A stretch of DNA of 34,832 nt from Spirochaetota bacterium (GTDB lineage: Bacteria; Spirochaetota; Brevinematia; DTOW01): NCBI GenBank assembly GCA_028276145.1, contig JAPYWX010000003.1, positions 1 through 34,832 on the forward strand, given 5' to 3'. The notes under the pieces were generated by a model that saw nothing but the letters and a program-made list of their open reading frames with translations, was not told where the DNA came from and searched no databases. Position numbers and translations under genes: made by a program. Of this stretch, positions 1 to 9,842 are shown piece by piece. Positions within the stretch are counted from its first letter, which is position 1; the number at the start of each line of letters is the position of its first letter.

Positions 1-1211
1 ATACTCTTCTTCTTATTTATCAAAACCAAAGAAGCTAAAATAAAGGGGGTTATAGAGTTTGAAAATATTTTGTAGGCAACCATTAATGTAGAAATAATAT
101 CCTTCCCATAAAGAGCTATAACAAGAGCAACTGTTATAGCAACCATAGAAAAAATCCTTACAAACACCAAAGATAATAACTTCTCTCTCACTTTCTCATT
201 TTTCACAATGTTAAAAAGAAAATCCCTAACAAGAAGAGCAGTAACAGTAACAAGAATTATATCAGCTCCAGAAAGAGGTATAGAAACAAGAAATACCATC
301 ATGAGTGGCTTAAGCCACTCAGGTAACAAATCAAGTGAAATCTCCAATATCACCTTATCAGGATTAGCAATATTCCCTAAATAGTACCTAGAAACTATCC
401 CCAATAGCACTATAAGCGTAGCTATAATCAAAATAAGAATGGAAGAGATAATCAAAGAAAACCTAGCAGTTCTCTCCGAGTTTGATGAGAATATCCTAGA
501 GTATATATCCGGACCAAAAAGATACGAAAGGAAAACAGCAACAAACAAAGAAAACCAAAAATCAAAAGTAAATTTATCATCAAACGAAAATGTTATATTC
601 CTTAGCTCCTTAACCCCCCCTAAATCAACCTTACCAAAAACAGCAAACAACAAAACGACTATAGCAGCTACCATCAATATCACTTGAAGAAACCCTGTTT
701 TCATTGTCCCCACTTGACCATACAAAACAGTATACCCCGCAAACAAAACAGTAAAAACAACATACCCTACAACTTTGTTCCCACCAAATAAATACGAAGC
801 TATATTACCACCTGCTATTATCTGACCCGCTAACACCGAAAGCCAAGCAATAAAAAGTATAGCACTAACCAAAACTTTCACTTCTATACCAAAAACCTTC
901 TCCACTACGTCAGATATAGTTACCCCCTTAACTTGATAAATAGCCCTAGAGAAAAAAATTGATAGAACCAGCAACCCAACAACTCCCGGTATTATCCACC
1001 ACAAAGCATTCCAACCAAACTTATACCCCCAACCAGCAAGCCCAAAAACCGAAGAAGCACCAAAAACTAAAGCAACTAAAGACATGCTAACTTCAAATAC
1101 ACCACCACTCCTATTAAAAACAAAATAGTGAGCCAACGAAAAACTATTCCTCAAAACATACAACAAAACAACCAAAAACAACAAAACAAAATAAATAATT
1201 ACATACACCAT
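1..1211 (-). CDS. Sodium:solute symporter (SSS) family transporter, 3' end beyond the window
   Basis: Not in the ORF track. Manual translation from ATG at 1211 gives MVYVIIYFVLLFLVVLLYVLRNSFSLAHYFVFNRSGGVFEVSMSLVALVFGASSVFGLAGWGYKFGWNALWW..., which is hydrophobic and has the SSS-typical 'YF..nR', 'G..G.GY..G' and 'TISD.....FG' motifs. Confidence 0.8.
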   Translation of the reverse strand, partial: MVYVIIYFVLLFLVVLLYVLRNSFSLAHYFVFNRSGGVFEVSMSLVALVFGASSVFGLAGWGYKFGWNALWWIIPGVVGLLVLSIFFSRAIYQVKGVTISDVVEKVFGIEVKVLVSAILFIAWLSVLAGQIIAGGNIASYLFGGNKVVGYVVFTVLFAGYTVLYGQVGTMKTGFLQVILMVAAIVVLLFAVFGKVDLGGVKELRNITFSFDDKFTFDFWFSLFVAVFLSYLFGPDIYSRIFSSNSERTARFSLIISSILILIIATLIVLLGIVSRYYLGNIANPDKVILEISLDLLPEWLKPLMMVFLVSIPLSGADIILVTVTALLVRDFLFNIVKNEKVREKLLSLVFVRIFSMVAITVALVIALYGKDIISTLMVAYKIFSNSITPFILASLVLINKKKS

Positions 1212-1243
1212 ATTAGTAAACACTTTTAAATGATATGTTTACA
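1211..1243. promoter_or_regulatory. Operator-like inverted repeat GTAAAC-N15-GTTTAC (BirA-type architecture)
   Basis: gtaaac 1216-1221 and gtttac 1237-1242. TATTAGTAAAC is identical to 21864-21874. Abuts the symporter start codon. Confidence 0.5.
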
Positions 1244-1257
1244 CATTTTCAAAATGT

Positions 1258-1577
1258 ATTGATTGTCTTGAAAAAATTAACAGGCTATACCTGTATCAGG
1301 CTAATGCTTGTTTCTTAACAGGCTAGTGCCTGTTTCTTAACAGGCCAATGCCTGTTTCTTAATCAATAAAGTGCTTAAAGCACAAAGTGCTTAAAGCACG
1401 AGTGCTATTTAGCACGAGGTGCTATGAAGCACCTCATTTTTATCGTAGAGATTCATAGTATCTCTGCACTATTAAAAAGTGAAGACAGGCAATACAAAAT
1501 TAAGCAGTCTACAGGATTCAAAAATTGAGTGTTTTAAACACTGAGTGTTTTAAACACATAGTGTTTAAAACACTGAG
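1258..1577. repeat. Mosaic palindromic repeat block (C array, A array, hairpin core, B array)
   Basis: Three 22-bp units acaggctagtgcctgtttctta (1296-1361). Four GTGCT-N3/4-AGCAC (1371, 1387, 1402, 1419). gtagaga..tctctgc hairpin at 1445-1467. Three GTGTT-N3-AACAC (1529, 1545, 1561). Confidence 0.9.
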
Positions 1578-1662
1578 TATGTAAAAATTACACAGCTACG
1601 AGATAACATCTCTTTACCGTGAAGGAAAAGTTTTTTCAACAGAATTCAATAATAAAGCAAAA

Positions 1663-2205
1663 TTATTTGTTCGTAGCCTTTGGTATATATTTTTTGATCA
1701 CATACTCAAAGCTTTCAAATGTTCGTGCTCCTATTATTCTCTCAACTATTTTACCTTCGGTGTTTATGATAAATGTGGTTGGTATTGATGAAATACCACC
1801 GTAGAGATACGCTATTTCACCGTATCTGTCCCAAATTATGGGATAATTGAATTTGTTTTCTCTATAGTTTTTTACATCGCCTAGACTCCTATCAAGAGAC
1901 ACACCAATTATTTGTATTTTATCCTTATAAACTTTCTGTAGCTTTATTAGTTCAGGTATTTCAAATCTACAAGGCGGGCACCATGTAGCCCAAAAGTTAA
2001 CAACTATTATCTTCTTGCCAAGGTAATCAGCCAAATTTACTTTATTACCCTCTATGTCCTTCGCTGAGAATATAAACGCTGGTAAATTCTTTTCACTTTC
2101 TTTTCCTATAGCTTTCTCAACTCCCATCAAATGGATTGGTGAAGATACAAACAATATAGTAACCAAAACTAGTAATGTAACTTTAAAGTTTGATAGCTTT
2201 CTCAT
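1663..2205 (-). CDS. TlpA/ResA family thiol:disulfide oxidoreductase
   Basis: N-terminal hydrophobic segment, VNFWATWCPPC active site, cis-Pro motif SIPTTFII. Confidence 0.9.
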   Translation of the reverse strand: MRKLSNFKVTLLVLVTILFVSSPIHLMGVEKAIGKESEKNLPAFIFSAKDIEGNKVNLADYLGKKIIVVNFWATWCPPCRFEIPELIKLQKVYKDKIQIIGVSLDRSLGDVKNYRENKFNYPIIWDRYGEIAYLYGGISSIPTTFIINTEGKIVERIIGARTFESFEYVIKKYIPKATNK

Positions 2206-2218
2206 ACTTCAGTTCCCA

Positions 2219-3208
2219 CTATTTCTTTGATACTTTTTGTTTTATTTTATCAACATACTTCTCTGCTGCAACTGCTGCTATTGCTCCGTCTGCTGCTGCA
2301 GTTATTGCCTGCCTCAGGAACTTAGAAATACAATCTCCCGCTGCAAAAACTCCCGGTATATTAGTACTCATATCATAGAGGTTAACTTTTATATAACCAT
2401 ACTCATCCTTTTCTAAATCTTCAAACATCTGAGTATTCGGAACCATACCGATAAATACAAAAACACCATCTGTCTTTACCTCACTAATCTCTCCAGTTTG
2501 AACATTCCTTATCTTTACAGCCTCAACCTTCTCGTTACCTATAATTTCCTCTACAACAGAATTGAATATAAATTTAAATTTAGGATTAGCAAAAACCCTC
2601 TCCTGTAAGATTTTTTCAGCTCTAAAAGAATCCCTTCTGTGAATAATAGTAATACTTCTAGCAAAGTTTGCTATGAAAAGTCCTTCATCCAAAGCAGTAT
2701 TTCCCCCACCAACTATGACAACATCCTTATCCTTAAAGAAAGCAGCATCACAAGTAGCACAGAATGAAACCCCCCTACCTATGAACTTCTCCTCTCCCGG
2801 TACTCCAAGTTTCTTATAATCCGCACCAGTAGCAATTATAACACTATACGCTTTTAGCTCTTTACCACTAGCCAACTTAACTGTTTTCAATTCTTCCTTC
2901 AAATTAACTCCCTTTACCTCGTCAAGAATAACCTTAAGCCCATGCTTCCTAGCCTGTTCCTCTAACTTAAGTCCCAACTCATAACCATTTATCTCTGGAA
3001 TCCCTGGGTAATTCTCAACTACATTAGTTGTTGCTATCTGACCACCAGGACCTAACTTTTCAACTAAAACAGCATTCATCCTAGCTCTCGAAGCATAAAT
3101 ACCTGCAGAAAAACCAGCAACCCCACCACCTATTATAACAACATCAAAAACATCATCATAGTTTATCTCCTCCTTAGGCTTACTCAAATTCATAATAGTT
3201 ATATCCAT
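2219..3208 (-). CDS. trxB: Thioredoxin-disulfide reductase
   Basis: GGGVAG FAD motif, GVSFCATCD, VGGGNTA, GVFAAGD. GGGGGAG RBS. Confidence 0.95.
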   Translation of the reverse strand: MDITIMNLSKPKEEINYDDVFDVVIIGGGVAGFSAGIYASRARMNAVLVEKLGPGGQIATTNVVENYPGIPEINGYELGLKLEEQARKHGLKVILDEVKGVNLKEELKTVKLASGKELKAYSVIIATGADYKKLGVPGEEKFIGRGVSFCATCDAAFFKDKDVVIVGGGNTALDEGLFIANFARSITIIHRRDSFRAEKILQERVFANPKFKFIFNSVVEEIIGNEKVEAVKIRNVQTGEISEVKTDGVFVFIGMVPNTQMFEDLEKDEYGYIKVNLYDMSTNIPGVFAAGDCISKFLRQAITAAADGAIAAVAAEKYVDKIKQKVSKK

Positions 3209-3233
3209 ATACTCCCCCCATGTATTTTATAAA

Positions 3234-3262
3234 AATATACAAAAGTTAAAATCTTTTTTCAA
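3234..3262 (-). promoter_or_regulatory. Sigma70-like promoter of trxB
   Basis: TTGAAA-N17-TATATT on the minus strand. Confidence 0.5.
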
Positions 3263-3435
3263 CAGGTTAATACCCGAACAGGTTAACACCTGTTTTAACA
3301 CTTTATTCTAAAGGTAATTATTCACCTACTAGCAACAAGACGTTTTTACAGCTAAGCTCGTAGGGAAATAGTTTTTCTCTCCACATCTAGCCTATTTTTA
3401 TCCATTCATTTAAGGGATGCTAACGCATCCCTTAG
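3262..3435. repeat. Degenerate mosaic repeat block
   Basis: acaggttaacacctgt at 3278-3293 preceded by a degenerate copy. gtagggaaa..tttctctccac at 3360-3384. Hairpin taagggatgc-taac-gcatccctta at 3411-3434. Confidence 0.6.
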
Positions 3436-3524
3436 AAGGAAAATTTTTAAGCATAATTCTACTCAGCATATGTAAGGAAAAATATTTGACTAGAGTATTT
3501 TCATTTGTTTATCTTTAAAAGGGA

Positions 3525-4166
3525 ATGGATGAACTTGTAAGGGTTGAAATTGATGACATAATAATGACGAATACTGGCTTTGCGATGGTTCTTATTGATA
3601 GAGAAAAAGAAAGAGTACTCCCTATATTCATAGGACCATTTGAAGCAAACGGTATTCTAATGAAGCTTCAAGGTGTTTCTTTTCCTAGGCCTTTAACATA
3701 CGATTTAATAAAAAACATCATTGAAATGATGCAGGGATACGTAGAGAAAGTAGTTATAAACGACCTTAGAGACGGAACATTCTACGCAACACTATACATA
3801 GTAACCAATGACCAAGTCTTGGAAATAGATTCAAGGCCAAGTGATGCAGTAGCAATATGTGTGAGGTCTGGTGCTCCTATATATGTTACCGAAAAAGTTA
3901 TGGCAATGTCCTCCATCCCGCTCGAAGAGTATAGCAGCAAAAAAGGATTCAAGTCACAAGAAGAGATTGAAGAAGAAGCATCAAAAGAAAAAGAAGAACC
4001 AAAACTTTATCAAACCAAAGAAGAAAAAACAAAGCAACAAGCAAAGAAAAAAGAAGTTTTAATTGAAGAACTTAAAAAAGAGCTAGAGAAAGCAGTAAAC
4101 GAAGAAAGATTTGAAGATGCAGCCAGAATAAGAGACGAAATAAAGAAACTAACAGAGGAACTATAA
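3525..4166 (+). CDS. Bifunctional nuclease (DUF151) with C-terminal UVR domain
   Basis: LPIFIG.FEA, RPLTYDL, IDSRPSDAVA motifs. C-terminal AVNEERFEDAARIRDEIK UvrB/C motif. Confidence 0.92.
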   Translation: MDELVRVEIDDIIMTNTGFAMVLIDREKERVLPIFIGPFEANGILMKLQGVSFPRPLTYDLIKNIIEMMQGYVEKVVINDLRDGTFYATLYIVTNDQVLEIDSRPSDAVAICVRSGAPIYVTEKVMAMSSIPLEEYSSKKGFKSQEEIEEEASKEKEEPKLYQTKEEKTKQQAKKKEVLIEELKKELEKAVNEERFEDAARIRDEIKKLTEEL

Positions 4167-4607
4167 CTTCTCTATAAGTTCTCTTACTGTCCTTTTAGCT
4201 TCTGGTATCGCTCTCAGGACAACATCAGATATTTTTTCTTCAAATATCTGAATATTTTCAACTGAGATGCCGACTATTACCACCTTCTTCCCTTCAAGAA
4301 ATCCCATTTTCTTGGCTACTTCTATAGCAAAAGGTACCTCAAACCCATGAGATGAAATAGGCTTTAGATACTTTGGGTAAGAATCCTGATCAACAACAAA
4401 GACTTTACCAGGTTCATCAGCTAACACAGCATCAACAATTACCATTTTTTCGCTATCCTCAGCTAAGTATATGATTCTAGAAGGGTCATTAGTAGTTACA
4501 AATTCAACTTCATCAGAATCTATTTCATCTGAAAGTTCCTCAACTACCTTTATACCTATGTAATCGTCACCACCTAAAGCGTGCCCAACACCTATTACGC
4601 GAATCAT
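4161..4607 (-). CDS. Hydrogenase maturation protease (HycI/HyaD family)
   Basis: VIGVG....GDD.IG, VIVDAV and SSHG motifs. Confidence 0.85.
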   Translation of the reverse strand: MIRVIGVGHALGGDDYIGIKVVEELSDEIDSDEVEFVTTNDPSRIIYLAEDSEKMVIVDAVLADEPGKVFVVDQDSYPKYLKPISSHGFEVPFAIEVAKKMGFLEGKKVVIVGISVENIQIFEEKISDVVLRAIPEAKRTVRELIEKL

Positions 4608-5149
4608 AACCTAGCAAAAAGCTCATACCCCACCTTTGCAGCATTTTGGTTGAGTAATACTAGATTGGCTCTCCCCTTCTGCCCAAAAAACTTTTCTATT
4701 CCCTTCAATAAATGCTCAAAAGGATAAAGTTTAGTAATTGCTATAAGGGCTCCCAACATTATCATGTTAGCAAACCTAACATCTCCAAGCTCTAAAGCAA
4801 GTTTATTAGCATCTATAGAAAAAGTCTCTATATCATCTCTTTTTGGCGGGTTATTTACCAAAGATTTGTTGTATATCAAAAAACCACCTTTCTCAACCCA
4901 ATTCTCAAACTTATTCACAGAAGGCTGATTCATGCATACAACAATGTTAGGAGACTGAGTAACCGGCGAAGCTACTTCTTCATCATCTATAACAACCGTA
5001 CAATTAGAAGTACCGCCTCTTTGCTCAGCACCATACGAAGGGAAAAAGGTAGGATACTTACCAGCAAACATAGCACCATAACTGAGTACCATTCCAGCCG
5101 AAAGCACCCCCTGTCCACCAAAACCGGATATTATTACTCTATTCTCCAC
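4604..5149 (-). CDS. 2-oxoacid:ferredoxin oxidoreductase gamma subunit (stand-alone)
   Basis: SGFGGQGV, PSYGAEQRGG, ANMIMLGA. GTG start at 5149 preceded by GGAGG, rather than 5191. Confidence 0.88.
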   Translation of the reverse strand: MENRVIISGFGGQGVLSAGMVLSYGAMFAGKYPTFFPSYGAEQRGGTSNCTVVIDDEEVASPVTQSPNIVVCMNQPSVNKFENWVEKGGFLIYNKSLVNNPPKRDDIETFSIDANKLALELGDVRFANMIMLGALIAITKLYPFEHLLKGIEKFFGQKGRANLVLLNQNAAKVGYELFARL

Positions 5150-5248
5150 GGCTTTCCTCCTCACTAAAAGTAGTACCTTGCAATAATACAAGTATAAAAC
5201 AAATCTACAAAAAACTCAAAAAAAGAAGATTATGTTGGACTAAGGTGT

Positions 5249-5278
5249 TTGAAAAAGGTTTAGTATTGAATTTATAAT
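5249..5278 (+). promoter_or_regulatory. Sigma70-like promoter of tsf
   Basis: TTGAAA-N18-TATAAT. Confidence 0.55.
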
Positions 5279-5322
5279 TACACTCAAAATTTTAATCTCT
5301 TAAGGATAAAGGAGGGGTAAGT

Positions 5323-6144
5323 ATGGCAGATATGGAGACGATAAAAGCACTCAAAGAAAAAACTGGTGCTGGTCTCATGGATTGTAAAAAAGCTCTAGAG
5401 GAAGCGGGCGGGGATGTCGAAAAAGCAATAAAGATATTAAGAGAGAAAGGATTCGCTGCTGCAGAGAAAAAAGCTGACAGAGAGGCAAAAGAAGGGCTTG
5501 TTTATATCAATATCTCCGGCGACAAAGGCATAATAATTGAGGTTAACTGCGAAACAGACTTTGTCGCTAAAAATGAAGAGTTTAGAGAATTTGTCAAAAG
5601 AGTAGCTTCTTACATACTTGAAAAAGGATTAACATCAATTGATGAAAAAGTAGAAAAAATGAGAAAGGAAGCTATAATGAAATTCGGAGAAAACACAATC
5701 GTAAGAAGATGGGAAATATTAAAACTTGAGAAAGGCAATATTTTTGATACTTATCAACATGGTGATAAACTTGGAGTAGTTGTCGAAGGTAAGATAGATT
5801 TATCCTCAGAAGAGTCAAAATCTCTCCTACATGATATTGCTTTACAAATTGCTGCTATGGCTCCGCAAGTTGTAAAGAGTGAGGACTTAGACAAGGATTT
5901 CGTAGAGTCCAAGAAAAAGGAATTCATCCAAGAGATGATAAATCTCGGTAAACCAGAGAACATAGCAGAAAAAGCAGCAATGGGTAAACTACAAAAGTTA
6001 TTCTCCGAACTATGCTTGTATGACCAACCATTCATAAAGGACGAAAAAGGAGAAAAAACCGTTAAGGACATCATAAACGAATACAAGAAGAAAACAGGAA
6101 AAGAATTTGAAGTTGTAAGGTTTATAAGGTTTCAAATTGGGTGA
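5323..6144 (+). CDS. tsf: Translation elongation factor Ts
   Basis: LKEKTGAGLMDCKKAL and EVNCETDFVAKN. GGAGG RBS. Confidence 0.97.
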   Translation: MADMETIKALKEKTGAGLMDCKKALEEAGGDVEKAIKILREKGFAAAEKKADREAKEGLVYINISGDKGIIIEVNCETDFVAKNEEFREFVKRVASYILEKGLTSIDEKVEKMRKEAIMKFGENTIVRRWEILKLEKGNIFDTYQHGDKLGVVVEGKIDLSSEESKSLLHDIALQIAAMAPQVVKSEDLDKDFVESKKKEFIQEMINLGKPENIAEKAAMGKLQKLFSELCLYDQPFIKDEKGEKTVKDIINEYKKKTGKEFEVVRFIRFQIG

Positions 6145-6192
6145 TAAAAAAAGATTTTGCCCATTATTTTGGTGTATGGTTAGGGGGTAAAA

Positions 6193-7449
6193 ATGTTTAT
6201 TTACAATCTTTTCCCTAGGCTCTATGGGCCATTTAGCAAGTGGATAGACGACTTAGATAGAATAAAGGAGTTGGGAGTAGACTGGATATATATAAACCCA
6301 GTATCTTACCCTGGGTTTTCCGGCAGCTTGTACTCAATAAAAGATCATTACAAATTCAACCCTCTGTTCCTAGACTCTAATTCAAAAAAATCACCAGAGG
6401 AACAATTCAGAGATTTCATTAAAGCGTGTAAATCAAGAGGAATAAAAGTAATCGTTGATTTGGTAGTCAATCACACAGCTATAGATTCCGTACTTGTAGA
6501 CAAACATCCTAACTGGTACAAAAGAGACGAAAACGGGCAAATAAAGAGACCAGGTGCATGGGATAATGGCGTATGGGTTGAATGGGGTGATTTAGCAGAA
6601 CTAGATAACGAGAACAGTCCTGACAAAAGAGCATTATGGAACTATTGGAAAGACTTAGTAGAATGGCATATAGACTTGGGAGTTGATGGGTTTAGATGCG
6701 ACTATGCTTATAATGTCCCTGTAGAATTATGGGAGTTCCTAATAAAGAACGCAAAATCCAAGAAAGAAGATGTTGTATTCTTAGCAGAGATACTCGGAGG
6801 TCCCTTTGACAAAAACCTAGAAGTTGCAAAAGCTGGCTTTGATTATGTATTTAGCAGTGCTAAATGGTGGAATTTCTCAGACGCTTGGTTCATAGAACAA
6901 ACAAGAGAGTTCTCAAAATATGTTAAAGCAATAGCATTTCCTGAATCTCATGACACACCAAGGTTGAATTCGGAGTACGAAGAAGATTTAGCAAAAATAA
7001 AGCAAAGATTCATATTTACAGCATTCATAAACGAAGGATTAATGATACCTGTAGGATTTGAGTTTGGCTTTGTTAACAAGCTAGATGTGGTAAAAACAAC
7101 CCCAGACTGGTGGGAAATACCATCTTATGACATTTCTAAGTTTATAAAACACATAGTTGAAATCAAAAAAAAGCATCCCATATTGTCGTATGACGCTACA
7201 TCAGTAGATATGCTAGAAAACAACCCTGACATTTCAATGTTTGTTAAAAGGAACAAGCTAACAGACCAAATTGCACTTTTCGTAGTTAACAAAAACACAA
7301 CCTCAAAAGTAAAGAGAATAATAGATTTCCCTAGTGTATTCGGTTATTACGATGCTATAGATGTAATAGATAACGTTGTAATGCCTAAGTACGCTGAAGT
7401 AACAGTACCGAGAGCAGGTATAAAAGTTTTCGTAAACAAAATACACTAA
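6193..7449 (+). CDS. Cytoplasmic alpha-amylase family (GH13) glycosyl hydrolase
   Basis: DLVVNHT, DGFRCDYA, FLAE and ESHD conserved regions. No signal peptide. Confidence 0.88.
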   Translation: MFIYNLFPRLYGPFSKWIDDLDRIKELGVDWIYINPVSYPGFSGSLYSIKDHYKFNPLFLDSNSKKSPEEQFRDFIKACKSRGIKVIVDLVVNHTAIDSVLVDKHPNWYKRDENGQIKRPGAWDNGVWVEWGDLAELDNENSPDKRALWNYWKDLVEWHIDLGVDGFRCDYAYNVPVELWEFLIKNAKSKKEDVVFLAEILGGPFDKNLEVAKAGFDYVFSSAKWWNFSDAWFIEQTREFSKYVKAIAFPESHDTPRLNSEYEEDLAKIKQRFIFTAFINEGLMIPVGFEFGFVNKLDVVKTTPDWWEIPSYDISKFIKHIVEIKKKHPILSYDATSVDMLENNPDISMFVKRNKLTDQIALFVVNKNTTSKVKRIIDFPSVFGYYDAIDVIDNVVMPKYAEVTVPRAGIKVFVNKIH

Positions 7450-7453
7450 TTAT

Positions 7454-7527
7454 TCGGGCCAGTGGGACTTGAACCCACGACCTCACGCGCCCGAAGCGTG
7501 CGCGCTAGCCATCTGCGCTATGGCCCG
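7454..7527 (-). tRNA. tRNA-Pro (CGG)
   Basis: Cloverleaf CGGGCCA...TGGCCCG-A, anticodon arm CACGC-TTCGGGC-GCGTG, T arm GGTTCAAGTCC. CCA not encoded. Confidence 0.95.
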
Positions 7528-7574
7528 TCCCATTACAAATATAATAAATGTTTAAATAATCTCTATACAATTTA

Positions 7575-8025
7575 GTTTGATCTTGTTGAGAAATTCAACA
7601 GGCTTAGCCTGAACAGGCTTAGCCTGAACAGGCTTGGCCTGTGACAAGCTACTACATGTTCCTCAATTTAAAACAAGAATGTGCTACTAAGCACAACGTG
7701 CTATGAAGCACTCCACCCTCTAATTGATGTAGAGAGGCAAAGCCTCTCTATACTCTACAATGTTTAATAAGGAATTGCCGTTAGGACCCTACGAAGTACT
7801 TTCAAGTATTTATAAGAAGGTGCTATTAAGCACCATACTTACTTTTATTGCAAATATGCGTATCATCCTCTGATGTCTAGCATCTCCATGCTTAGAAGGT
7901 TTGCCAAAAAAATATCCCGGCAACACAGAATACAAGAAATTTAACAATTTAAAGAACCAAGTGTTTAAAACACTCGGTGTTTAAAACAAAACACTTTGTG
8001 TTTAAAACACTTTGTGTTTAAAACA
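7575..8025. repeat. Mosaic palindromic repeat block (C array, A array, hairpin core, B array)
   Basis: Three 15-bp acaggcttagcctga units (7598-7642). A palindromes at 7681, 7698, 7820. tagagaggc-aaa-gcctctcta at 7730-7750. gtgtttaaaacac at 7961, 7977, 7998, 8014. Confidence 0.9.
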
Positions 8026-8032
8026 ATAGTAC

Positions 8033-9238
8033 TTAGTTCTTGCTAAATGTAAAGCCCTGTGTTTGATTATAAGCTGAAATAAAGTCAAGGATACCATCAG
8101 AAACGAGTTCTGCAATTCGCTTTTGATAGGTCTCATCAACTAACAATTTAACAGATTCAGGATTTGATATATACCCAACTTCCAAAAGAACAGAAGGGAC
8201 AGGTATGTACTTTATAACGTAAAAAGGTCCTCCCTTTATCTTCAATCCTTCGTCAACACTTCTTAGTCGATTTGCCACTTTTTCCGATAAAATCCTACTC
8301 TCCTCCATAAGAGCAACACTTCTTATCTTACCTATTACCTTCTCAAGTTCCCCTGCTTTCTGAAGCTCTTTTTTATCAATAAACGCATTTTCAAATGCTA
8401 ATGTCTCTCTAGCTTCACTATCAACTGCCTTGTCACTTATAAAGTAAACTTCTACTCCTCTTTTCGATTTCAAAGGTGAGGCATTCATGTGAATACTGAT
8501 GAAGAGTCCATACCCTCCCGTACTTCTCAAAAGGCTATTAGCCAAATTAGCTCTCTCTTCAAGAGAGAGATAAATATCTCTATCTCTACTCATATAGATT
8601 TTCACATCCTTAGGAACTTTTTTTAGCAATTCATTATATATCACTTTAGCATATTTCAGTGTAAGTTCTTTCTCCTTGATACCATTATGCATCGCTCCGG
8701 GGTCCTTACCACCATGCCCCGCATCAATAATAACAAACCTTATCGGTACAAAATTACTATTACCTGAAACTGAATTTGAAGTTAAAGTTACCTGGGAATA
8801 TGAAATATCAGTATTCTTAGTTCCACTTATGGGAATAAATTTGTTCTCATTAGTATCAGTAACACTAGTAGTACCCAAAACTTTGGGTTTATCAGTAGAA
8901 TAATTACTTAAAATACAAGGAATTTCAAGAACAGAAACTATGTAATCAACTTGTGAAATAGAAAGATAATAGTTGAAATTTGACTTAACTAAGGGAGAAG
9001 GAAGAATAAAGTTAGAATTTATAATCCCAACACCTCTATTTTCAAAAAACTCTATAGTATTTGTGCCAAATCTCAACGAAATTAATGATTTGTAAGGGTC
9101 ATAACTAATCTCAGCACCAATAAACTTGGAAAAAGAAATTAAATCAATAAGATTATTTGTAAGACTAATCACAAGCGAACTACCTAAAAGCGGAAAAACC
9201 AAAATGATAAAAACCAAAACTAAAAGTTTCCTGCACAT
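8033..9238 (-). CDS. N-acetylmuramoyl-L-alanine amidase (Amidase_3)
   Basis: Signal peptide. IDAGHGGKDPG, EKEL, FISIHMNA, LLEVGYISN. Confidence 0.92.
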   Translation of the reverse strand: MCRKLLVLVFIILVFPLLGSSLVISLTNNLIDLISFSKFIGAEISYDPYKSLISLRFGTNTIEFFENRGVGIINSNFILPSPLVKSNFNYYLSISQVDYIVSVLEIPCILSNYSTDKPKVLGTTSVTDTNENKFIPISGTKNTDISYSQVTLTSNSVSGNSNFVPIRFVIIDAGHGGKDPGAMHNGIKEKELTLKYAKVIYNELLKKVPKDVKIYMSRDRDIYLSLEERANLANSLLRSTGGYGLFISIHMNASPLKSKRGVEVYFISDKAVDSEARETLAFENAFIDKKELQKAGELEKVIGKIRSVALMEESRILSEKVANRLRSVDEGLKIKGGPFYVIKYIPVPSVLLEVGYISNPESVKLLVDETYQKRIAELVSDGILDFISAYNQTQGFTFSKN

Positions 9239-9286
9239 AACTAAGATTATAAACTACTAAGTAAAACAATATAAAATTTCCTGGAA

Positions 9287-9379
9287 TAGGGGGGCTACCG
9301 CCTCCCCTAAAACCTTAAATGTGCTTAATAGCGCTTGTGCTACAAGCATTTGTGCTACAAGCACTTGTGCCATAGGCAC
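9287..9379. repeat. Hairpin plus A-type palindrome array
   Basis: taggggggc-tacc-gcctccccta at 9287-9309. Units at 9321, 9337, 9352, 9367; the last is GTGCC-ATA-GGCAC. Confidence 0.8.
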
Positions 9380-9400
9380 TTTTGCTCGAATAATCTCTAG

Positions 9401-9697
9401 CTAAGCCAAAAGGTATATAATTCTAACCAAAATGTAATAAATGAGTTCCAAAATTAGGAATAACCAAAGAACAGACAAATCCAAAAAACCAATTCTAGAA
9501 GGTATGTGACGACTTATGAAGTCTAAAATGGGGTCAGTAATGTACGAAATTGCTTGAAAAACTTTAGATGAGTAAATGTTAGGGTTAAACATACCAATCC
9601 ATGAAAATATAACTCTTATGAATAAGATAAACTCATAGACCCTTACAAGATTTGCAAAAATCAATAGAATAGTACCAAAGGTTGACATTCCTTCCAT
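9401..9697 (-). CDS. YggT family membrane protein
   Basis: RVIFSW, ITDPIL and GFLDLS motifs. Confidence 0.9.
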   Translation of the reverse strand: MEGMSTFGTILLIFANLVRVYEFILFIRVIFSWIGMFNPNIYSSKVFQAISYITDPILDFISRHIPSRIGFLDLSVLWLFLILELIYYILVRIIYLLA

Positions 9698-9807
9698 AGA
9701 ACTCTAATTATCAAGAAATATTAATACTTAAATCAATAAAAAAATTCCGCTGAAAAAATCTCATGCCATGTAGCACTCTCAGTAGGGAAGGGCTATATAC
9801 AATCATA

Positions 9808-9834
9808 AAAAATAAAAAGGGGCGAAGCCCCCTT
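9808..9834 (-). terminator. Intrinsic terminator after the por operon
   Basis: GGGGC-TTC-GCCCC followed by a T-rich tract on the minus strand. Confidence 0.75.
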
Positions 9835-9842
9835 ATACAGAT

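Noticed and set aside
439-687. Plus-strand 82-aa ORF and other short antisense ORFs (e.g. 2190, 5754, 8676, 10161, 14240, 16107, 23670, 27531, 32964, 34361)
   Set aside because: Shadow frames overlapping well-supported genes.
7454-8030. Integrative element at tRNA-Pro
   Set aside because: No integrase and no duplicated tRNA 3' end. The flanking genes are housekeeping.
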